In this document: positions 20,051 to 32,596 of the stretch, one piece after another | Layout of the letters: every line of letters starts with the position of its first letter | Numbering within the stretch: position 1 is the first letter of the stretch | From: Candidatus Saccharimonadales bacterium | GTDB taxonomy: Bacteria; Patescibacteriota; Saccharimonadia; Saccharimonadales; UBA7683 | Direction: 5' to 3' | DNA: 64,000 nt | NCBI GenBank assembly: GCA_046350615.1 | Contig: JAXMAA010000001.1 | Span: forward strand, 136,480 to 200,479 | Program-made: the position numbers and the translations under genes | Notes under the pieces: generated by a model | Database searches by the model: none | The model's input: the letters and a program-made list of their open reading frames with translations, nothing else | What the model was told of the DNA's origin: nothing

Positions 20051-20083
20051 TTGCTACCTTTGCAGGAACGTTACCATTTTAAT

Positions 20084-20728
20084 CTAGAACGAAGGTGGTG
20101 GCGGAATACTGCCGGATAAAGATTTGTCGTCAGTCTGGCTATCTGCCTGAACTGTTTGCGTAGAAGGATCGGGTTGTAACGGTTGCTGAGCAATTGGTTG
20201 GCCAGATACTGACTGCACTGGTTGAGTAGAGTGCTGTATCGGTTGATTATATGTAGACGGAACGACGACGGGTTGAGCCGGATTATTTGCCGCTGGATAT
20301 TGGGGCATGTGAGCTGGCGCGGCTTGTGGCGCAGAGGAGAATTGTGGCTGTGCTGCCGTAGGCACTGGCTGAGGATATGTCTGCTGTATCGGAGCACCCC
20401 CAGGAATCTGTGTTTGCCCTTGCATAGTCTGGAGAATAGTAGCGGAGTCCTTCTTGATCTCTGTCTTTAACTTCTCAAGCTCATCTGCCACAACTTGTTT
20501 ATAATCAGGGAAGTTTGTTTCAAGCCATTTTAAAGCACCGGCCTCATCATTTGTATCAATAAAACGTTCAAACTCATCAAGCTGCTGGTCGGTCATCCTC
20601 TCGGCCAAACGCATACCAACTCGCATCTCAAGCGTTTCGTAAATCTGACGCAACATCTGATCGCGTTCCGCTTTAGGCAGCGATATCAATCCAATCTCTT
20701 CCAAAAGTGTATCGTCAATTCGTATCAT
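20084..20728 (-). CDS. Hypothetical protein with a helical N-domain and a P/Q-rich low-complexity C-terminus
   Basis: 214 aa. The N-terminal 95 aa are structured (MIRIDDTLLEEIGLISLPKAERDQMLRQIYETLE...); the remainder is PQ-rich. From memory it resembles DUF5663-type CPR proteins; not verified. Confidence 0.55.
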   Translation of the reverse strand: MIRIDDTLLEEIGLISLPKAERDQMLRQIYETLEMRVGMRLAERMTDQQLDEFERFIDTNDEAGALKWLETNFPDYKQVVADELEKLKTEIKKDSATILQTMQGQTQIPGGAPIQQTYPQPVPTAAQPQFSSAPQAAPAHMPQYPAANNPAQPVVVPSTYNQPIQHSTQPVQSVSGQPIAQQPLQPDPSTQTVQADSQTDDKSLSGSIPPPPSF

Positions 20729-20761
20729 GCAATCATTCCTTTATACGTTTATTGTACCAGA

Positions 20762-21172
20762 TTACGTAGTTTTTACGACAAGCTCATCAAATCCTGTCTC
20801 TGGGTCATACTGACGGGAAAATTCCGTTTGGCTATCCTCAAGAATTGTTATCTCAGCAGTCCAAACAACTGTCGCCTCTTTTAAGTGCCCACCAAAAACA
20901 ACACCTGCCTTATCGGAAACAGAGATATGAAGATGAGACTTAAAATTTGCTAGCGTACCAACCAAGGAGACTACCTCGTAATCACCTTTGAACTGGCGAA
21001 CATCTTGTTTTTGCGGCGTAGCTCCTGCCATACGAAGTGATAGATCTTTTACTCCAGCCACACAGGTAACGATCGAGACTGAACGCAGACACTCCTCACG
21101 ACAATATGCCTCAATTGAACTACGTAATTCTTGGCCAGGACGCAAGCGAAAAGTATGAGTGTTTACTCTCAT
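20762..21172 (-). CDS. PPC (DUF296) domain protein
   Basis: 136 aa. FRLRPGQELRSSIEAYC...SIVTCVAGVKDLSLRMAG...GTLANFKSHLHISVSD...GGHL is the PPC/DUF296 pattern as I recall it. Confidence 0.6.
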   Translation of the reverse strand: MRVNTHTFRLRPGQELRSSIEAYCREECLRSVSIVTCVAGVKDLSLRMAGATPQKQDVRQFKGDYEVVSLVGTLANFKSHLHISVSDKAGVVFGGHLKEATVVWTAEITILEDSQTEFSRQYDPETGFDELVVKTT

Positions 21173-22950
21173 AGAGTTCGTTGAATTTCTTCGCGCTTAT
21201 AGAACTCGAGCCGATCACCTTCTTCGATCACTAACTTCTTCTCGAGTTTCAGAGAAAGACCACACATTTCACCTTCAAAAACTTCTTTTGCCTCCTGCTG
21301 TTGGCGCTGCACTCGCTCTACTACAACTTCACCCAGGCTTTCTTTGTCGCGCACTACTCGAGCACGACTACCCGGCTCAACCTTGCCCTTAGTAACTTCG
21401 CCACCACAGATAATTTCATCCTTAGTTGTTCGGAAAACTCCTCTAATAATAAGTTTCCCGAGTTCGGTTTCTTTAATTTCCGGAGTTAACAAGGCTGTAA
21501 GCACCTCTTTCGCGTCGTCGAGCAATTCGTAAATCACCTGGAATTCCCGAATTGAAACCTTGTCGCGTTCAGCCAATTTACGCACTGAGTTATGTGCTGG
21601 CACATTAAAGGCGTATATCAGGGCCTTGCTGGTAGCCGCCATTTGTACATCACTCTCGCTAATAGCCCCGACACCTGAACCAATGACATGCATTTTAAGC
21701 TCTTCATTTTCAAGTAATCGTAAGCTGTCGGTAATTGAAGTCAGCGACCCCTGTACGTCGGCTTTGATGATAACTGGCACCTCTTTTATTTGAGCATTTT
21801 TGTTAATCAAACCAAGTAAATCGCCACTTGTCATATTAAGCTTACCGCTTACCTTGCGACTCTTAGCCTTCTCTGCTCGTTCCCGGGCCTCTTTCTCATT
21901 CTTCGTTACACTGATGTAATCACCAAATTGGGGAAGTTCTTTGAAGCCTGTAATTCTAATCGGGGTTGACGGACCAGCTTCGGCAATTTCTTTGCCAGAC
22001 CAATCAGCGAGAGTCCTAATTTTGCCATAGGTAGTACCAGCTACAACATAATCGCTTTTATGAACTTTACCGTGTTCAATCAAGGTTGAAACTAGCGCCC
22101 CTTTGCCTGTTTCTAGATGAGCCTCAATGACAATACCTTCCGCACTGCCTTCCGTATCAGCCTTCAACTCCTCGATGTCGGCCATCAAAAGCACGAGGTC
22201 AAGCAATTCAGGTACACCCTGTTTTGTCTTGGCAGAGACTTCAACTACCGTCGTATCACCGCCCCAATCTTCTGGCATCAATCCTGCTTCAGCAAGGCTT
22301 TGCTTGGCTCGGTTTGCATCTGCCTCCGGTTTATCTATTTTATTCAATGCCACGATTATCTTAGCCTGGGCATCTTTCGCAAACTTAATTGCCTCAACAG
22401 TCTGCGGCTTAACGCCATCGTCAGCCGCCACTACGATAATTACTACATCTGTTAAACGGGCACCATGCTGACGCAGTGCTGAAAAAGCTTCATGCCCAGG
22501 AGTGTCCAGCAGCGTGATAACTCTATCATTATGTGTCGTTTGGTAGGCTGAAATATGTTGCGTAATACCCCCAGCCTCACCGCTCGCAACCTTAAGATCT
22601 AACACCGCATCAAGCAGACTAGTTTTACCATGATCCACATGACCCATGACCGCAACCACAGGCGGACGTAAACCGGCAGTTTTGGCATCAAGCCGCTCCG
22701 AACGAGCTGGCTTTTCAGCTTCAGCCTCTTCTTCAATTGTGCGCTCAAGTGTAATTCCAAGTTTCAGCTCCTCAACAATAATCTCTGCTGTATCGAAGTC
22801 AATTCGCTGGTTAACTGTGGTCATGATGCCGTTCTTAAACAATTCGCCAATCAATGTCGATACCGGAATATCAATTTTAGCTGCCAGATCACCGACGGTT
22901 ATCATGTTCTCTATCTGTATCACTTTGGAGTTTTCTGCCTGATCGTCCAT
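21169..22950 (-). CDS. infB: Translation initiation factor IF-2 (short N-terminus)
   Basis: 593 aa. VVAVMGHVDHGKTSLLD, DTPGHEAF and NKIDK GTPase motifs. Confidence 0.97.
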   Translation of the reverse strand: MDDQAENSKVIQIENMITVGDLAAKIDIPVSTLIGELFKNGIMTTVNQRIDFDTAEIIVEELKLGITLERTIEEEAEAEKPARSERLDAKTAGLRPPVVAVMGHVDHGKTSLLDAVLDLKVASGEAGGITQHISAYQTTHNDRVITLLDTPGHEAFSALRQHGARLTDVVIIVVAADDGVKPQTVEAIKFAKDAQAKIIVALNKIDKPEADANRAKQSLAEAGLMPEDWGGDTTVVEVSAKTKQGVPELLDLVLLMADIEELKADTEGSAEGIVIEAHLETGKGALVSTLIEHGKVHKSDYVVAGTTYGKIRTLADWSGKEIAEAGPSTPIRITGFKELPQFGDYISVTKNEKEARERAEKAKSRKVSGKLNMTSGDLLGLINKNAQIKEVPVIIKADVQGSLTSITDSLRLLENEELKMHVIGSGVGAISESDVQMAATSKALIYAFNVPAHNSVRKLAERDKVSIREFQVIYELLDDAKEVLTALLTPEIKETELGKLIIRGVFRTTKDEIICGGEVTKGKVEPGSRARVVRDKESLGEVVVERVQRQQQEAKEVFEGEMCGLSLKLEKKLVIEEGDRLEFYKREEIQRTL

Positions 22951-22985
22951 GATAGCCGTCCTTTCTGGTTAATTTTCTTACATAA

Positions 22986-24050
22986 TTACTGTAAACTAAG
23001 TGAAATTTTACGATTATCGCGATCAACATCCAAAATCTTGAATGTTTTCTTCTCATTTAGCTTAAAGAGCTTCTCTGGGTCAGCGCCTTGACCTTCTCCA
23101 AGCTCCGAAACATGCACCAATGCTTCAACCGCAGGACTCAGCTGAATAAATGCGCCGAATGGCGTAATACGAGTTACGGTGCCCTCAACCGCATCACCCT
23201 TTTTAAAGCTTTCGGCTTCTTTGGCCCATGGGTCGTCTTGTGTTTGCTTAATACTAAGTGAGAGTCGATCTTTATCAATAGCGATAATTTTAGCCTCAAC
23301 CTTATCGCCAACCTTTACATAATCAGCTGGGCTTTCAACGCGCTCCCAAGAGATCTCGGAGATGTGAATGAGGCCTTCAATACCATCAACATTTACAAAG
23401 GCACCAAAATCTACCACCCCAGTCACAACACCGTGCACACTGTCCCCAACGCTTAATTTCTCGAAACGAGCCTGCATATCTTCGCGAACTGCTTCTTTCT
23501 CGGAGAAAATTAATTTGTTGGTCTTGCGATCAGCGTCTAAAATTCGTACTTTTAATACCTGGTTTGTCAGGCTGTTTAAGCGCTGTAGAATTTCATCTTT
23601 ATCAGAGCTACCAACTCGCGGGTAATGCTCGGCTGATAGCTGCGAGACTGGTAAGAAGCCACGTACGCCCTCAAGCTCTACCAAGAGGCCGCCGCGATTA
23701 GCATCGTAAGGAGTGATCTCGATCGTCTCACCTTTTTCAAACAATGCCTTGACCTCGTCCCAGCCACGGTCTTTTGCGGCCCTTCGCAGCGAGAGCAATG
23801 CCTGTCCATCTTCAATTTCTGGGTCTACTACACTCGCAACCACCTCCTGGCCAACTTCCAGTTTTTGGCCAAAGCCAATCTCACGACGCGGCACCATGCC
23901 GACCCCGTTAATACCAAGATCTAGCCAGATCTCGTGCTTTGCAACACTTAAAATTGTTGCCTCTACTACCTCGCCAACAGCGAGTTGTTTTTGCTGAACC
24001 TCGTTTAAGAGGTCATCCATTGTTACACTTTGTTTTGCCATAAAAAACAA
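22986..24050 (-). CDS. rpsA: S1 RNA-binding domain protein (four S1 repeats; short RpsA-like)
   Basis: 354 aa with four repeats of the GxVxxxxxxGAFVxL / ISxxRV type. Confidence 0.75.
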   Translation of the reverse strand: MFFMAKQSVTMDDLLNEVQQKQLAVGEVVEATILSVAKHEIWLDLGINGVGMVPRREIGFGQKLEVGQEVVASVVDPEIEDGQALLSLRRAAKDRGWDEVKALFEKGETIEITPYDANRGGLLVELEGVRGFLPVSQLSAEHYPRVGSSDKDEILQRLNSLTNQVLKVRILDADRKTNKLIFSEKEAVREDMQARFEKLSVGDSVHGVVTGVVDFGAFVNVDGIEGLIHISEISWERVESPADYVKVGDKVEAKIIAIDKDRLSLSIKQTQDDPWAKEAESFKKGDAVEGTVTRITPFGAFIQLSPAVEALVHVSELGEGQGADPEKLFKLNEKKTFKILDVDRDNRKISLSLQ

Positions 24051-24190
24051 AACTCCTTCTTGAAATATATTTCTTGAGACGTGGGAATACAGAGTAACTC
24101 ACGCCATAAGATTGATACTATTGTACCGTATCTGATGCTAAGAAGTCAAAGTTTCACTGAACTACATTGTGCGATGCCGAAAAAGCAACA

Positions 24191-24622
24191 TTAATCATAC
24201 TTATGAAGTATGCGCGCACTTTCATATAAACGGGTAACTGCATAGCCAATGAGCCCCAGCGTAATTGCACTGAAAACCACGCCGGCATCCATACCAGCGT
24301 CCGGAAGTGCCGAGGCTGCACCGGGCTCAGCCAACTCACTATCCGCAATTCCTGAAGGAATTTGCTTGGTGCCATTTGTTGTCGAGTCATCATTTGAGGT
24401 ACCGGAACTACTTGAGCTATTGTTCCCTTGTTTAGCCTTGGTATCGGTATTCTGATTTTGCGATTTTTGAGCAGTGCGAACTGTTTGCTGAGCTCGATTG
24501 CTTGCCTGCCGATTGCGAACAAATCTGACAACAAAAAATACCAACAGCACCACTAAAATAATGAAGATCACCAACCGAACAATACCGCTTAAATGTGAAA
24601 GAATACTCCGTCTGCCTTCCAT
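24191..24622 (-). CDS. Small membrane protein with N- and C-terminal TM helices and a low-complexity S/N/T-rich middle
   Basis: 143 aa. VRLVIFIILVVLLVFFVV and VVFSAITLGLIGYAV hydrophobic segments. Confidence 0.5.
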   Translation of the reverse strand: MEGRRSILSHLSGIVRLVIFIILVVLLVFFVVRFVRNRQASNRAQQTVRTAQKSQNQNTDTKAKQGNNSSSSSGTSNDDSTTNGTKQIPSGIADSELAEPGAASALPDAGMDAGVVFSAITLGLIGYAVTRLYESARILHKYD

Positions 24623-24736
24623 GTCTCTCTCCTCTTGTACATCTAGCTTAACTGGTTTTTAAACCAAGTGCAAAGTTAAGCGTTTTGCAGTAATAAACCC
24701 TTAGCCGGCCTCCACTCGTAATGTTATAATGAACGC

Positions 24737-25552
24737 ATGATAGTCGGCGTGGATATCGGAGGGACAAAAACACTAATAGCTGTCTTCGCAGAAAACGGCA
24801 AACTCCTCAAAGAAGTTCGTTTTGAGACTAATAAAGACTACACTTTGTTCTTACAAGACCTTGAACAACACGCAAGACAGCTCGAAACCGCAAAAGCAAA
24901 GCTCGCTTGTGTCGCAGTGCCAGGAAGGATCGACCGAGCCTCGGGAATTGCATTGAGCTTTGGCAACCTTGACTGGCGTAATGTGCCGATAAAACAGGAT
25001 GTATCGAGAGCAGTAAGTAATAAGAACGTTATCATCGAGAACGATAGCAAGCTTGCTGGTATTGCTGAAGGTCGTGCATTAAATGGTCGCTATAAACGAG
25101 TTCTTTACCTCACCCTGAGTACCGGGATCGGCGGTGCACTCATTGTAAATGGCAAACTTGTTGATGCGCTAAAAGATATGGAGATTGGGAAAATACCACT
25201 ACAACACAATAATAATTTGATCGCCTGGGAAGATTTTGCCTCAGGTCGGGCATTCTATGAGGCCTACGGCAAAAAAGCGGTTGATGTAACAGATGAAGCA
25301 ATCTGGGAAGAATATGCGGCATTGTTAAACCCAGGTTTAGGAGTTGCTTGTGCAATACTACAGGTAGAGGCAATCGTATTTGGAGGCGGTCTCGGCCAAC
25401 ATCTCAGCCGATTTAAAAAATACCTGCCTGGGCTACTCGATACGACACTCCATTCAATCGTCAAAAAGCCTGATGCAATTATTACAACGCAGTACCGTGG
25501 TCAATCAGTAATTTATGGATGTTACCACTATGCCAAAGACCATCTTGCCTAA
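24737..25552 (+). CDS. ROK-family sugar kinase
   Basis: 271 aa. MIVGVDIGGTKTLIAVF and LSTGIGGALIVNGK motifs. Confidence 0.8.
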   Translation: MIVGVDIGGTKTLIAVFAENGKLLKEVRFETNKDYTLFLQDLEQHARQLETAKAKLACVAVPGRIDRASGIALSFGNLDWRNVPIKQDVSRAVSNKNVIIENDSKLAGIAEGRALNGRYKRVLYLTLSTGIGGALIVNGKLVDALKDMEIGKIPLQHNNNLIAWEDFASGRAFYEAYGKKAVDVTDEAIWEEYAALLNPGLGVACAILQVEAIVFGGGLGQHLSRFKKYLPGLLDTTLHSIVKKPDAIITTQYRGQSVIYGCYHYAKDHLA

Positions 25553-26012
25553 TATTTCTATCATCAAACAACAGTTTCGTCAGTTTAGCTTTAAAGAACA
25601 TGAAGTTTTCCATTGGTCACCACGAGATAACTGTATTTATTACGATCCGATTAAATTAACCAGAGCGGCTGGTGTCTACCAACTGCTGCACGAAATTGGT
25701 CACGCACTAAGTGGTCATACCAATTATGAAAGCGGTATTCAGTTACTTAAAATGGAGACCGAAGCCTGGCAGCAAGCTCAACGCATTGCTAAATCATATA
25801 ATCTGAAAATTAGTGAAACACAAATTGAGCGTTGCCTCGATAGCTACCGCGACTGGCTGCATCTACGCAGTAAGTGCCCGAGCTGCAGCACGACTGCCGT
25901 AGAAACCGAGGCTAATCTGTTCCACTGTTTCAACTGTCTGCAAGATTGGAAAGTACCAGCGGATCAGCGCAGCCGCTCATACCGCCTGAAGCTTGTGAAT
26001 CAATTGATCTAA
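25515..26012 (+). CDS. Hypothetical HExxH protein with a C-terminal zinc ribbon
   Basis: LLHEIGHAL plus CPSCS...CFNC. The probable start is MPKTIL near 25530. Confidence 0.5.
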   Translation: MDVTTMPKTILPNISIIKQQFRQFSFKEHEVFHWSPRDNCIYYDPIKLTRAAGVYQLLHEIGHALSGHTNYESGIQLLKMETEAWQQAQRIAKSYNLKISETQIERCLDSYRDWLHLRSKCPSCSTTAVETEANLFHCFNCLQDWKVPADQRSRSYRLKLVNQLI

Positions 26013-26014
26013 AC

Positions 26015-26043
26015 AAGAAGAGTGCTGCAACAGCACTCTTCTC
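26015..26043. terminator. Bidirectional stem-loop between convergent genes
   Basis: aagaagagtgctg-caa-cagcactcttctc, a perfect stem of about 12 bp. Confidence 0.6.
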
Positions 26044-26072
26044 TAAGATCCAAGAACTACAATCTAAGATCT
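26042..26072 (+). repeat. AGATCT-containing 31-nt motif (copy 1)
   Basis: tctaagatccaagaactacaatctaagatct, near-identical to 51919-51949. Both lie at the 3' end of minus-strand genes. Confidence 0.6.
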
Positions 26073-26073
26073 G

Positions 26074-26304
26074 TTATTTACCAGCTTTGGTACGACGTGA
26101 AATACGACCGCCCTTAGAACCAGCTAAACGAGCTCGTTCTTTGCCAGTCATGCCATCTGCACCTTTTTTTTCACTGGCGAAACCGCCAGTTTTACCGCGC
26201 TTACCACCTTTTGCGCCAATCATAGCGTAAAAGTCTGCACCGTACTTAGTTTTATTAGTTGAAGCAGCTTTAACGCCACCAGATTGAGTTCCAGCCATGG
26301 TCAT
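26074..26304 (-). CDS. KGG-repeat general stress protein
   Basis: 76 aa. GAKGGKRGKTGG...GSKGGRISRR is the stress-induced KGG repeat pattern. Confidence 0.75.
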   Translation of the reverse strand: MTMAGTQSGGVKAASTNKTKYGADFYAMIGAKGGKRGKTGGFASEKKGADGMTGKERARLAGSKGGRISRRTKAGK

Positions 26305-26438
26305 GACCTCCCTTAAATTTAATATTCCACCTCTCAGGGTAAAAATAAAAAGAGCTCGCGAATGGTGTTACGCGAACCCTCCAATTTCACCTCTGAAATT
26401 AAGCTTATGTTATCATACTATAACGCTTGTGTCAACAT

Positions 26439-27215
26439 TTATCTTATGTCTGATGCTCCCCCTGTTACCGCCTGCCTTCGTGTTGGATTTTCAGAGATAT
26501 AATACTTAGCGCTAGCGAGTAGTCCAAGTTCTCTGACTCTACGTTGTGAAGTGAAAACAAACATATTTTTTGAATGATGCATTGCTCTAATACCAAACTC
26601 ATGTGCAATCGCTAAAGAATACTGTACGTCTTCACTACACGTAATACTATCTGCCCGAGGAAAACCACCAACAGTATCGTAAGCATATGCAGTGGTAGCC
26701 ATATTATGTCCAGGAGCAAAATGCCACAGACCGGCAGTTTGATATTGAAACATTTTAAGAAGTTTGCCCGTCTTTTTAATCCAAGGAAGAAGGTTGACCT
26801 CAAAGAATGTTGGGTCATTATCAAAGCCAGCACTAACCGGTCCAGTTAGTAAGGCGACCCCAGATTTTTTGCTAAAAGTGTATTCAATCGCCTGCATCCA
26901 ATCTTTGGCCGGAACCGTGTCAGCATCAATTCTTGCTATTACGTCTGCTCCTATTTCATCTATTGCAAAACGAAAGCCAGTATCAGCTGCAGCACCGGTT
27001 CCCTTTTCAGCTTCTTTAATAATATGTAGAACAAAGCTACCGCACCGATGTCCAAAAAGCTCTAGAGTTTCGAGAGTCCGATCAGTTGAACCATTATCAA
27101 CTACTACGATATGTCTTTCGTACTCACTTTTTGCCTGTAGCTCAAGGCCCAGCAAACTAAGACCAATCCTCTGCTCTTCATTATAGGCAGGAATGACTAC
27201 TGCGGTTTTATTCAT
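26439..27215 (-). CDS. Family 2 glycosyltransferase
   Basis: 258 aa. AVVIPAYNEE...VVDNGSTDRT...RIDADT (DxD-like). Confidence 0.85.
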   Translation of the reverse strand: MNKTAVVIPAYNEEQRIGLSLLGLELQAKSEYERHIVVVDNGSTDRTLETLELFGHRCGSFVLHIIKEAEKGTGAAADTGFRFAIDEIGADVIARIDADTVPAKDWMQAIEYTFSKKSGVALLTGPVSAGFDNDPTFFEVNLLPWIKKTGKLLKMFQYQTAGLWHFAPGHNMATTAYAYDTVGGFPRADSITCSEDVQYSLAIAHEFGIRAMHHSKNMFVFTSQRRVRELGLLASAKYYISENPTRRQAVTGGASDIR

Positions 27216-27295
27216 ATAGCGTTAATTATAGCCTTTGTGACCAGCAAAATGTTTTGAATTATTATAGCCATCTTAGCAAATGGAGTGAAGAGAAA

Positions 27296-27325
27296 ACAAA
27301 AACCATCCTTTCGGATGGTTTATTG
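27296..27325 (-). terminator. Rho-independent terminator after 5S rRNA
   Basis: On the minus strand: aaccatccgaaaggatggtt followed by a T-run. Confidence 0.7.
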
Positions 27326-27327
27326 TA

Positions 27328-27438
27328 TAATTCGGCGCCGTGCTACCTTCCCCTGAAGAGTATTATCGCCGCTACTGGGCTTAGCTTCTGTGTTCGGAAT
27401 GAGAACAGGCGTTTCCCCAGCGCTATGAGCACCGATTG
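27328..27438 (-). rRNA. rrf: 5S rRNA
   Basis: The reverse complement reads ...GGTGCTCATAGCGCTGGGGAAACGCCTGTTCTCATTCCGAACACAGAAGCTAAGCCCAGTAGCGGCGATAATACT...GGTAGCACGGCGCCGAA. Ends are approximate. Confidence 0.85.
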
Positions 27439-27589
27439 AGATATATGTTGTTTTTTAAGCAACATATATCCTGATCGATTCTTATAACGTTCTTTTAAAT
27501 TGAACGTGTGATCGTAATGATACACACAAATAACTGGTCAAACGTTCTCTTGTCTTCATTCGCTAAGGCGAATTCAAACAAGAGAAGCA

Positions 27590-30915
<3,326 letters not shown>

Positions 30916-31746
30916 GGTTTGACTAGTTATTAGTGATTACCAATAACTTGCCGTTGTCCAACTTAAAAGACCAACTAGATTGTTAATGATACTAACTCCA
31001 GATATGATATCTCGCATGAACTTGAGTTCAAATGTAGTCGTTGATTGCTGTCATCCTGAACTTGTTTCAGGATCTAATCAATTTCTCATCTGAACCTGCA
31101 GAGCTAGACAAGTGTATCAAGTAGAGCTTGTTGCAAAGTACGAAGCGCCTCGCAACTCTTTTTGGTAATAAAAAAGCTCTGATGAGATTGTTCACTAATT
31201 GTGGCATATAATCGCCAGAGGTTTCAACTCCTGAAATATCTGTTTCTGCATATCAAAATAGTATCAAATCACTCACCTGGTAACAGTATATCCATATTTG
31301 ATGTAATCAACAACGCTTATGGTTAATTTAATCTGTTAATATGACTTGCCTCCGCTTTTCAACAATGCTATATGTTTTGAGTTTGAACTGAAATGCTAGC
31401 AAAGAGGTTAATAACAGCCCTAGTGGATCACGAACACTGCTAGTGCAGATTAGCGCGCGTTCTGCCCAAGCCATCCTAACCAGTGCTTATTATCATGTAT
31501 AAGGATACTTTTTGCGCTCACCGAAAGCTTCAGTAATTTTCAGTTAAGCTATACCTACGAAAACTTTTCCATTAAATGTAACCAAAAGTTTTCCATAATA
31601 TTAGGATGTATATACCTTATTTCAAATTGATCATGGTGGCTTACTTTGATTAGCCCGGCATCAAGTAAGTTTTGTTCAAATACATTCATACTGTCAAAAG
31701 ATCATAGATTAAATTAATAAAGCAACAAAAAGAATCCTTTCAAATA

Positions 31747-31822
31747 ATGGCGATCCAGGATTTGAACCTGGGAATCCCCGCCATTATCAGTGACGCGCTT
31801 CAACCAACTGAGCTAAACGCCC
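31747..31822 (-). tRNA. tRNA-Ile (GAT), apparently damaged
   Basis: Reverse complement: GGGCGTTTAGCTCAGTTGGTTGAAGCGCGTCACTGATAATGGCGGGGATTCCCAGGTTCAAATCCTGGATCGCCA. The anticodon loop CTGATAA is fine, but the acceptor stem pairs only 5/7 and the D-stem has an extra base. Confidence 0.7.
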
Positions 31823-31852
31823 TCGATTTTGAAAAAGTTCTTATTATGTAAA

Positions 31853-31930
31853 TGGTGGAGACACAGGGACTGAACCCCGGACTCCCGCCTTGCAAAGGCG
31901 CAGTGCTCTAGCCAATCGAGCTATGTCCCC
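31853..31930 (-). tRNA. tRNA-Ala (TGC) with encoded CCA
   Basis: Reverse complement: GGGGACATAGCTCGATTGGCTAGAGCACTGCGCCTTTGCAAGGCGGGAGTCCGGGGTTCAGTCCCTGTGTCTCCACCA. Confidence 0.85.
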
Positions 31931-32596
31931 TCGTCGGAATTTTCGCTGATCTTGTTTTTCTTTCAGAAAAACTTGATCTTAAGCTATATTCTCCTCCTCA
32001 CTTAAAAAAGTCGCTGCGCTTTGTTTTTAACCGAAGAAATCTTCAATACGAACAGATGCTATTCTATCTTATTCATTGATTATTCGCAAGCGGACGGCCA
32101 AGTAAATTAAACGTAATGGGAATTTTCGGACAAATTTACTTGGTTTAGCTGTCATTGGTGCTGGAGGCTTATCGCTTATAAAGAACTATCAGGTTGCAAA
32201 TACAATGCCGCTTCGGTGGCTAGAACAGAAGCTTGGCTCAGCAGCTCATACAGCATCTGGAAGATCATCTCGGTTCTTCTGGCATTTATTGGGTTTACTG
32301 TTATGTTCGGCTTTGCAGATAATCTGCTCACTTTCCCATTAATGATCACAACATGATTACGTTGCTGTTGGTTCCAATTGAGAATGAGATAAAGATAATC
32401 ATTAAATTAAAATCGCTCATTACGGGCGATTTTGTTATTAAAAACTGAGTAGTGCAACGTCGTAGTTAAGTAAAAGGTGAATCTAAGTTCAATCCTGAAA
32501 GGATAGAATTGTTTTATAGATCTCCATTAAAACAATCGAGACCGACCTCGCTCATAAAGCTAGATTGCTCATAACTATGGCTAGAACTCCCTTGCG

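Noticed and set aside
24191-24622. LPDAG followed by a hydrophobic helix and basic residues, as a possible sortase sorting signal.
   Set aside because: The motif is not a canonical LPXTG, and the protein also has an N-terminal TM helix with a cytoplasmic-looking start. A simple two-TM membrane protein is the more economical reading.
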